This document shows, piece by piece, positions 57,206-64,000 of a DNA stretch of 64,000 bases. Origin of the DNA: Gemmatimonadaceae bacterium (GTDB lineage Bacteria > Gemmatimonadota > Gemmatimonadetes > Gemmatimonadales > Gemmatimonadaceae); the NCBI GenBank assembly GCA_037134115.1, contig JBAXMW010000007.1, positions 22,485-86,484 on the forward strand. The letters run 5' to 3'. A program made the translations under genes and the position numbers. Below the pieces are notes generated by a model, which had not been told where the DNA came from, searched no databases, and saw only the letters and a list, made by a program, of their open reading frames with translations. Within the stretch, counting starts at the first letter, position 1. Each line of letters opens with the position of its first letter.

Positions 57206-57241
57206 CGAACGCCCCACGATTCCGTGGGGCGTTCGGTTTTT
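57206..57241 (+). terminator. Rho-independent terminator
   Basis: CGAACGCCCCACG-attc-CGTGGGGCGTTCG-gTTTTT. Confidence 0.88.
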
Positions 57242-57283
57242 CCGCCCCCGGCATGCGGCCCGAACGGCGGGAATGCCGGTGCG

Positions 57284-57832
57284 TTAGCCGACCGGCGTGG
57301 CGGGGGGCACTTGAACGCGCTCCCGCCAGAGCATCAGCGTGTAATCCACCGTCGCCGCCACGCCCAACAGCGCGACCACGAGCAGCAGCGGCGTCACCCA
57401 CCCCGGCACCAGCAGCACGGCCAGAAAGGTGAACGTTTGGGCCACCGTCACCGCCTTTCCGAGCAGCCGCGCCTTGAAGTGAATGGGACGCAGCCAGCTC
57501 ACACTGCGTGCGACAAAAAAGCCGATCACGGACATCACGTCGCGGAAGAGCAGCACGACCGCCTGCCAGAGGCGAAGCTCACCGCCAATCACGTAGCTGA
57601 TCACCACGCCCAGCACAAAGAGCCGATCAGCGACCGGGTCAATCAGCGCGCCGAAGCGCGAGGCCGCCTGAAAGCGGCGCGCCAACCAGCCATCGAGCAC
57701 ATCCGTGATCGCCGCGACCACGATGAGCGCCAAACGCACCGGCACCGCGTCGGCCGCCATGAAGCCCACCGCGAGGGCAACGCGGGAGCTGGAAATCACA
57801 TTGGGGAGCGTGACGACACGCGAGGGAGCCAT
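57284..57832 (-). CDS. CDP-alcohol phosphatidyltransferase (PgsA-like)
   Basis: 'TLPNVISSSR', 'TDVLDGWLARR....RFGALIDPVADR'. Confidence 0.9.
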   Translation of the reverse strand: MAPSRVVTLPNVISSSRVALAVGFMAADAVPVRLALIVVAAITDVLDGWLARRFQAASRFGALIDPVADRLFVLGVVISYVIGGELRLWQAVVLLFRDVMSVIGFFVARSVSWLRPIHFKARLLGKAVTVAQTFTFLAVLLVPGWVTPLLLVVALLGVAATVDYTLMLWRERVQVPPATPVG

Positions 57833-57882
57833 GCCGCATATTACGCCAGAGCGGGGCCTCGGTGCCACCGCTGACGGAAAGG

Positions 57883-60540
57883 TCAGCGCGTGATGCCGCG
57901 CACCAGCCCGGTAATCACCCGCGCGGGGTCGAAGTACCGCTGCGCCAATTGCTGCACCTCGCCGGGGGTCACCGCGCGGATCGCCGCGTCCCACATGGTC
58001 CGCTCCGCCAGCCCGTCGCCAAAGAGCCAGGCGTCCACGATCTCTCCCAGCACGGCGCCAGCCGACTGCTGGCTGATCGCGTGCGTTCCCACGAGGTAGC
58101 GCTGGGCCCGCGTCAGCTCCTCCTCGGTCGGCGGCGCCTCGGCGAACTTGGCAAACTCCGCGAACAGCCCCGCACGTGCTTCAGCTTCGCGAGCCGGTGC
58201 CGTCGCGATATAGGCCGCAAAGAGGCCGCCCGCCCGCCGATCCACCGGAAACGCGGACACGGTGTACGCGAGCGACTGACGATCCCGGAGTTGCTCGAAC
58301 AACCGCCCGCCGAGCCCGCTGGCAATGGCGGAGAGCAGCTGGGCCGCATGGCGGGCTGGATCGCTCCGCCCCGGCCCCGGAAAGAGCAGCGCCATCGCCG
58401 TCTGTTGCTTCTCGCGCTGCTCCTCCACGGTGAGCCCCTGCGCGGGCCACGCCACCGGCGGCGGCCCCGATTCCTCCTGGAAGGCAAGCCCCGAGAACCC
58501 GTCGGCGAGGAGGGCATATGCCGACGCCGGCGTCACATCCCCCACGATCGCCAGCACACTGGCCGCCGACCGGATCCGGTCGGCATGAAAGGCCCGCAGC
58601 CGGTCCGCCGTGAGCGTCGCGAGCGAGGCCTCGGTGCCCCCCACTGACCGCCCATAGGGGTGGACGCCGTATGCCGCCGACGTCGCGAGCCGCATTGGCC
58701 AGCGATACATGTCGTCGCGCAGTTGGCGGAGCTCCGCCAGCAGCTGCGTCCGTTCCGTCTCGACGGCGTCGTCGGGGAAGGTCGGATGCTGCAGCACGTC
58801 GGCGAGAAGCGCCGTCGCCGTGGGGAGATGGCGCACGGGCACGGACAGCGACCAGCCAAGGCTTTCGAGCCCCGCGGAGACCCCGATGCTGCCACCAAGC
58901 TCCTCCGTGGCTTCGGCAATGGCGGCGGCCGAACGCGAAGTGGTCCCCTTCAGCATCGTCTGCGCCGTCAGCCGGGCCAGCCCATCGGCACCAGCCGGTT
59001 CGAGCCCGCTCCCGCCTCGCTGCACGATCCCGAGACTGACCAGCGGCGCGCCCGGGCGGGGACAGACCAGCACCGGAATCCCACTGGGCAGCCGGAGGAC
59101 ATGCACCCCCGCCACGACCTCGCTCGCCGGCGTCGTATGGATGGCCGGAGCGGCGATCGGTGCTGCCGGAGCCACCGGCGTGTCCGCTCCCGTCATCGGG
59201 GGCGACGGCACGTCCAGCTCGGCGGTGGCGAGAAGCGCTTCCAGCGCCTCGGCACTCTCCGCGAGCGGGGACGCGGTGTCGGGGTGGTAGCTCACCAGCG
59301 AGAGTTGCGCCGGATCGAGGCACCGCCCCATCGCCTCCTGGACTGCTGATGGCGTGATCGCCTGCAGCTCATCGAAGTAGCGGGCGGCCATCGGGAGTCC
59401 CCCTTCGGCCTCCCACGACGCGAGATACATCGCCTGCCCGTCCATCGTTTCGAGCCGACGGAGCCAGCGGGCTTCGAGAATGCGCTGCGCGCGATGCACT
59501 TCAGTCGCCCTGACGCCATCGCGTCGCACGCGCTCCAGTTCACGCCAGATGCGGACCGCTGCCGCCGATGCAGTCTCCGGCGGGCCTTCCGCGTGCACCG
59601 TGAAGACCCCGACATCGGCCGACGTGTAGTGCCAGGCGGAGACGGAGGAGGCCAACTGTGCCTCACGGACAGCGCGATAGAGGCGCGACGCACGTCCGGT
59701 CCCAAGGATTAGGCCCCCGACCTCCAGCGCCGGCGCATCGGCGCTGTCGAGCGACGGCGCGCGCCAGCCAAAGGCAAGATGGTGGTGCGCCACATCGCCA
59801 CGCCAATCCCGCACGCGAACGCCTGGCGGTGCGAGTTCCACCGGACCGCGGGCGCGGGGTACGGGGGCATCCGAGAGGGTGCCGTAGCGCGCGGTGATCT
59901 CCCGCACGACGGTCTCCGGATCAATGTCCCCCACGACGGAGAGGATCGTATTCGAGGGCTGATACCAGGTGCGATAAAAGCGCAGCAGGTCCGCCTGGGT
60001 GAACGCGCGCAGCCCGGCTTCCTCGCCAATCCGCCAGCGCCGGATGCGATGCCGATCATGCAGCAGGGCATAGAGCGATTCGATGGTCACCGCCGATGGC
60101 GTATCGCGCTTGCGCTTCGCCTCCTGAATGATGACCTCGAGTTCCCGTCCCAGCTCGCCGGCATCAATCACCGAATGCGCGTAGGCATCGAACTGAATCT
60201 CGAGCCCCGCCACGAAGGCGTCCGCCGGCAAGACGGTGTAGTACGTCGTGTGATCGTAAATCGTATGCGCGTTGAGATACCCGCCATGCGATTTCGTGTC
60301 CCGCGCGATCGCGCCAACGCCACGCGTCGGCGTCCCCTTGAAGTACATGTGCTCGAGCACATGCGCGATGCCGATCTCGTCGTCCGTTTCGTCAAAGTAG
60401 CCCGCTTTGACATGCGTGACGATAGCGACCACGGGCGCCGAGGGATCCCGGCGCACGAGAATGGTCAGCCCGTTGGGGAGCACGATGCGCAACGTCTCCG
60501 CGTGGAGCGCGAGAAGCTCGCGCCCCGGGTGGTCGGTCAT
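57883..60540 (-). CDS. M16 (insulinase/pitrilysin) zinc protease with two-lobe architecture
   Basis: 'LPNGLTI', HxxEH 'HVLEHMYFKGT', 'LNAHT..DHT.Y', 'WYQPSN'; the second lobe is inactive. Confidence 0.93.
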   Translation of the reverse strand: MTDHPGRELLALHAETLRIVLPNGLTILVRRDPSAPVVAIVTHVKAGYFDETDDEIGIAHVLEHMYFKGTPTRGVGAIARDTKSHGGYLNAHTIYDHTTYYTVLPADAFVAGLEIQFDAYAHSVIDAGELGRELEVIIQEAKRKRDTPSAVTIESLYALLHDRHRIRRWRIGEEAGLRAFTQADLLRFYRTWYQPSNTILSVVGDIDPETVVREITARYGTLSDAPVPRARGPVELAPPGVRVRDWRGDVAHHHLAFGWRAPSLDSADAPALEVGGLILGTGRASRLYRAVREAQLASSVSAWHYTSADVGVFTVHAEGPPETASAAAVRIWRELERVRRDGVRATEVHRAQRILEARWLRRLETMDGQAMYLASWEAEGGLPMAARYFDELQAITPSAVQEAMGRCLDPAQLSLVSYHPDTASPLAESAEALEALLATAELDVPSPPMTGADTPVAPAAPIAAPAIHTTPASEVVAGVHVLRLPSGIPVLVCPRPGAPLVSLGIVQRGGSGLEPAGADGLARLTAQTMLKGTTSRSAAAIAEATEELGGSIGVSAGLESLGWSLSVPVRHLPTATALLADVLQHPTFPDDAVETERTQLLAELRQLRDDMYRWPMRLATSAAYGVHPYGRSVGGTEASLATLTADRLRAFHADRIRSAASVLAIVGDVTPASAYALLADGFSGLAFQEESGPPPVAWPAQGLTVEEQREKQQTAMALLFPGPGRSDPARHAAQLLSAIASGLGGRLFEQLRDRQSLAYTVSAFPVDRRAGGLFAAYIATAPAREAEARAGLFAEFAKFAEAPPTEEELTRAQRYLVGTHAISQQSAGAVLGEIVDAWLFGDGLAERTMWDAAIRAVTPGEVQQLAQRYFDPARVITGLVRGITR

Positions 60541-60576
60541 GCGGAGCCCATCACGCGGGCGAGACGTCGCGGCACC

Positions 60577-61752
60577 TCAGCGCTCAATGCGCAGCATGCC
60601 GGCTTTGGCACTGTCGCGCAGAAAGACATCGGGGGCGTGTGACGCGATGCGCGCCCCGGTCGCGCCGTAGAAGCGTCGCGCTTCCCGTGCCATGTATTCG
60701 TCGAGGGGACGACCGGCATCGCGCGCATCGCGCAACGCGAGCACAATCTCTTCCCACGTCCCCTCAAAAACGCTGCCATCGCGCATGATCACGCGGTGCG
60801 GCCCATCGGCGGCCATGACATCGCGTTCCCACGTGTCGCGCAGTTCATCGGCCTGGCTGTCGCCCAACGGCTCATGTTGCTGGGCAAGCCCGTTCAGCAG
60901 GCCACCGAGGGCTTCGAGCTGCCCCTGCGCCTGGGCCGCTGCATCTTCCTCCTGCTCGAGCACCTGCTGCTCCACTTCATTGAGCAGCGCATCAATGGCG
61001 TCGGGCTCGGCGGCGAGCTCTTCGAGGCGTGCTTCCCAGGGGGTGAATTCCGGATCGTCGTCTGGGAGGCGATAGACGGACTTCTTGAGCTCCATCACCC
61101 GGTACACCCCCAACTCATCCCAGTGATCGGCGGGGGCGGTCAGGTCGAACTCCACCAGCGCCGCATCGAGGGCGCCGGTGTCGTAGAGCACATTGGCGAG
61201 ATAGACGCGCGCTTCGGTGAAGCTGGGGTCGACGACCAATGCTTTCCGCAGGGCCGCGATGGCCTGGCTGTCCTGTCCAAGCCGGTGCAGCGCGTAACCG
61301 ACGCAGGCGAGCGCCTCCACGGAATCGGGGGCCTGTGTGACGGCACGCTCGAAGTACGCCAACGCGGTGTCGGTGAACCCTTCGCGGAAGAGCGCGCGAC
61401 CGATTTGCAGCATGAGGTCCACGTCGTCTTCGTAGCCCAACGCGACCGTCTGCTCGAAGGCGGCCATCGCCTCCTCGGTGCGCCCAAACATCAGCAGCAC
61501 TTCACCGATCCCGGCGAGCGCGTCTTCATGTTCCTCGTCGAGCAGCAGCGCCTGCGCGAAGCTCTGGCGCGCCCAGGCGTACTCATCGCGCGCCAAGCGG
61601 GCATATCCCATACCCACGTGCAGCTCGACGGCCTCCGGATACCGGTTCAGCCCGTCACGCAGCAAGTCGAGCGCTTCGTCGTACCGCCCCTCGTTGTACA
61701 GGGCGTGCGCGCGCTCATCGTACTCCTCGGAACTCAGAAACGGTGAGGACAT
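60577..61752 (-). CDS. TPR-repeat protein with an acidic linker and an unassigned C-terminal domain
   Basis: Repeated TPR-like helical pairs ('ALAGIGEVL', 'ALACVGYAL', 'ARVYLANVL'). Confidence 0.85.
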   Translation of the reverse strand: MSSPFLSSEEYDERAHALYNEGRYDEALDLLRDGLNRYPEAVELHVGMGYARLARDEYAWARQSFAQALLLDEEHEDALAGIGEVLLMFGRTEEAMAAFEQTVALGYEDDVDLMLQIGRALFREGFTDTALAYFERAVTQAPDSVEALACVGYALHRLGQDSQAIAALRKALVVDPSFTEARVYLANVLYDTGALDAALVEFDLTAPADHWDELGVYRVMELKKSVYRLPDDDPEFTPWEARLEELAAEPDAIDALLNEVEQQVLEQEEDAAAQAQGQLEALGGLLNGLAQQHEPLGDSQADELRDTWERDVMAADGPHRVIMRDGSVFEGTWEEIVLALRDARDAGRPLDEYMAREARRFYGATGARIASHAPDVFLRDSAKAGMLRIER

Positions 61753-61914
61753 AGTCTCGACAACCTCCGGAGCGAGCGGGTTACCGGATTGTACCGAACA
61801 CAACGCCACAAGTTCAACTCAGGACCGCCGCACCGCGCGACCTCCCGCATGGTGCCGCCGTCCCGACGCCGCAGCCGCACGGGCCGCTCCCTATTTACCA
61901 ACAGAATACCACCA

Positions 61915-62850
61915 TCATCGGGCCACCATCGCGCCATTGTCCGAGGCGAGCGCCACAGCGATCGCACCGGCCAGCGACGCATTGGCTTCCAGCAACGCCA
62001 GATTCGCCTGTACCGACGCCCCCTGTGTGAGCCGCTGCACTTCGGCCAGCAAAAACGGTGTGACCGCCGCCCCACGCACGCCGGCGGCGGTAGCGGCCCG
62101 GAGCGCCTCCACCGTGGCCGCTTCCACCAGCGAGGCCGGCAGCGCAAACGCTACCGGTGGCGGCTGCACCACCAGCATGGCGCCGGTGCGCCCGAGCGCC
62201 CGATGGGCCCGCCACGCCGTCGCGATCCGCGCCGGCGTATCGAGCCGAGCCGGGACCGGCAGGCCGGTACTGCTGGTGAAGAAGCCCGGCAGCGTGTTCG
62301 TCTGATAGCCGACCACGGGGACCCCCAAGGTTTCGAGCCGCTCCAAGGTCGCGGGGAGGTCGAGAATGGACTTGGCGCCGGCACAGACCACGATCGCGCT
62401 CGTCCGTGCGAGCTCGACGAGATCGGCAGATTCATCGAAGGGCGCGTCACGATGGACGCCGCCAATCCCGCCGGTCGCAAAAACCTCAACGCCCGCGAGC
62501 GCACAGAGGGCGAGCGTGCCGGCGACGGTGGTTGCCCCATCGGCGCCGTCCGCCATGGCGACCCCCAGATCGCGCGCGGAGACCTTGCGAACACCGTCGC
62601 GGGCGAGGAACCGCTCGAGGGTCTCGGCTTCGAGTCCCAGCACGGGGACGCCGCGATCGATCGCGGTGACCGCCGGTGTGGCCCCGGCCGTCGTAACCGC
62701 CTGAAGCATGCGACTCGCCGCCTCGCGGTTGTACGGCGGCAGCAGTCCCTGCGCGAGCACGGAACTCTCGAGGGCAACGAGCGCCCCGCCGCGCGTCAGC
62801 GCCGCGGCGACCTGCTCAGTACAACGCAAAACACTGGGACGATGGGGCAC
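61915..62850 (-). CDS. psuG: Pseudouridine-5'-phosphate glycosidase
   Basis: 'VALESSVLAQG', 'KVSARD', 'ATTVAGT', 'FATGGIGGVHR', 'DESADL', 'CAGAKSILD..ATLE.LET', 'VTPFLL'. Confidence 0.93.
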   Translation of the reverse strand: MPHRPSVLRCTEQVAAALTRGGALVALESSVLAQGLLPPYNREAASRMLQAVTTAGATPAVTAIDRGVPVLGLEAETLERFLARDGVRKVSARDLGVAMADGADGATTVAGTLALCALAGVEVFATGGIGGVHRDAPFDESADLVELARTSAIVVCAGAKSILDLPATLERLETLGVPVVGYQTNTLPGFFTSSTGLPVPARLDTPARIATAWRAHRALGRTGAMLVVQPPPVAFALPASLVEAATVEALRAATAAGVRGAAVTPFLLAEVQRLTQGASVQANLALLEANASLAGAIAVALASDNGAMVAR

Positions 62851-62898
62851 GCTCGATTGTACGGATCTCCCGCGCGCATCGCAACCAGTCGGGCACCC

Positions 62899-64000
62899 TC
62901 AGGTGACCGTCGACGTCACCTGCGCGAAGGGGCGCCACGCCTCGGTGGCCAGAATGTCGTCGATCGCCTCGACACAGGCCGCGAGTTCGTCATCGGTGGT
63001 GTAAAAGTGCGGCGCCACGCGAATGCCGGCGTTGGGCCGATAATCAATCACCACATCGCGAGCCAGCAGCGCACGCGCCACCGCGGCCGCCTGCGGGACA
63101 TCAAAGGCCACCGTGCCGCCGCGCCGCGCCGACTCCCGGAGCGCGCTGACCCGCCAACCGCGGGCATCGGCGGCGTCGATCAGCCACGACGTCTGACGCA
63201 CACTCTTGGCGCGAATCGCCGGCAACCCGGCCTCGGCGATGAGGCGCGGCCCTTCCATCCCGGCGAAGAGCGCAGGGACCACCGGCGTGCCCCCGAGCCA
63301 GCGCCAGATTCCATCCGCTGGCTCCATCCGATCGGCGAACGCAAACGGGGTCTTGTGCCCCTGCCACCCAGTGAGTGCCGGTGCGAGCTGCGCACTGGCC
63401 GTCGGGGCGGCATAGAGGAAGCAGCCACCGGGCCCACCGCAGAGCCACTTCAAGACGCCGCCGCAGAGAAAATCCGCCCCAATGGCATGCACGTCCACCG
63501 GAATGACCCCCACGCTGTGGTAGGCATCGAGCGCGACGAGCGCCCCCACGGCGTGCGCCTTGGCGCAAATCGCGGCCGCGTCGAGAATGCACGCCGAGCG
63601 GAAGAGGACATGCGAGATCGCCACGAGCCGGGTGCGCTCCGTGATGGAGGCCAGCAGGCGATCAAGATCGATGGACAACCCATCATCACTGGGCACCACG
63701 GTCACCGTCGCCCCCAAGCGCGGCGCCAGTCCATCGTAGGCATACCGCACCGACGGGAAGTCGAGCGCCGTCATAATCACTTCGTTGCGCTCCGCCGGGA
63801 AATCGAGCGCACTGAGCACGCTGCACATCCCCTGGGTGACCGTTGGCACCATGGCCACTTCCCCCGGATGCGCGCCGATAAGCGGTGCGATCTGGTTCCC
63901 CATCGTGACCGGCAGCTCCCACCACCCTTCGGCCCACGCCCGGACGCCCCGCGTCTGCCACTGCGTGGTGTACTCGTGCAGTCGGTCGGGGACGCTGCGC
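62899..64000 (-). CDS. Kynureninase-like class V PLP aminotransferase (5' end outside the window)
   Basis: 'W..RGVRAWAEGWWELP..MGNQI', 'ALDAYHSVG', PLP Lys in 'GGVLKWLCGGPG', 'RGGTV', 'DYRP..GIR.APHFYT'. Confidence 0.8.
   Translation of the reverse strand, partial: RSVPDRLHEYTTQWQTRGVRAWAEGWWELPVTMGNQIAPLIGAHPGEVAMVPTVTQGMCSVLSALDFPAERNEVIMTALDFPSVRYAYDGLAPRLGATVTVVPSDDGLSIDLDRLLASITERTRLVAISHVLFRSACILDAAAICAKAHAVGALVALDAYHSVGVIPVDVHAIGADFLCGGVLKWLCGGPGGCFLYAAPTASAQLAPALTGWQGHKTPFAFADRMEPADGIWRWLGGTPVVPALFAGMEGPRLIAEAGLPAIRAKSVRQTSWLIDAADARGWRVSALRESARRGGTVAFDVPQAAAVARALLARDVVIDYRPNAGIRVAPHFYTTDDELAACVEAIDDILATEAWRPFAQVTSTVT

Noticed and set aside
1-64000. tRNA, rRNA, IS, integrase or prophage elements
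   Set aside because: No T-loop or cloverleaf signatures, rRNA-like tracts, transposase or integrase motifs were seen by eye. A tRNAscan/Infernal run would be needed to exclude small RNAs.

Overview
This is a high-GC bacterial chromosome segment, most likely from a diderm Gemmatimonadota-like organism (an inference from gene style: SprA homologue, Oar-type TonB-dependent receptors, many signal-peptide peptidases). It holds about 50 tightly packed genes and no rRNA, tRNA, CRISPR array, transposase or prophage that I can see. Left part (1-14 kb): a PAS-domain histidine-kinase-like protein with degenerate catalytic boxes, two M1 aminopeptidases, argJ, a dehydrogenase, an amidase, a sensorless hybrid kinase, an NYN protein, arsM and an M20 peptidase. 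Centre (14-40 kb), a cell-envelope cluster: a YaiO-type barrel plus a GT-C membrane protein, sprA-comEA-pilB-pilT-pilC on the minus strand, divergent lptF-lptG-mlaE-mlaD, and two tandem Oar-like TBDRs. Right part (40-64 kb): an APC permease, a stand-alone CoxII-TM-like microprotein with ctaA-ctaB, a degenerate cupredoxin-like lipoprotein, an M24 peptidase, a V4R-like protein, DUF92, a flavin reductase, ccmABCD-hemDCB-ppa, acs, a DsbA-like protein, a CDP-alcohol phosphotransferase, an M16 peptidase, a TPR protein, psuG and a partial kynureninase-like gene. The best candidates for new biology are (i) a T9SS-translocon (SprA) homologue in line with DNA-uptake and type IV pilus motor genes, (ii) a CoxII transmembrane-hairpin-only gene heading the heme A/O operon, (iii) a pseudokinase and a sensorless kinase that may form a pair, and (iv) an ATPase-less Lpt/Mla hybrid operon. 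All family calls come from motif recognition by eye; no database search was run.
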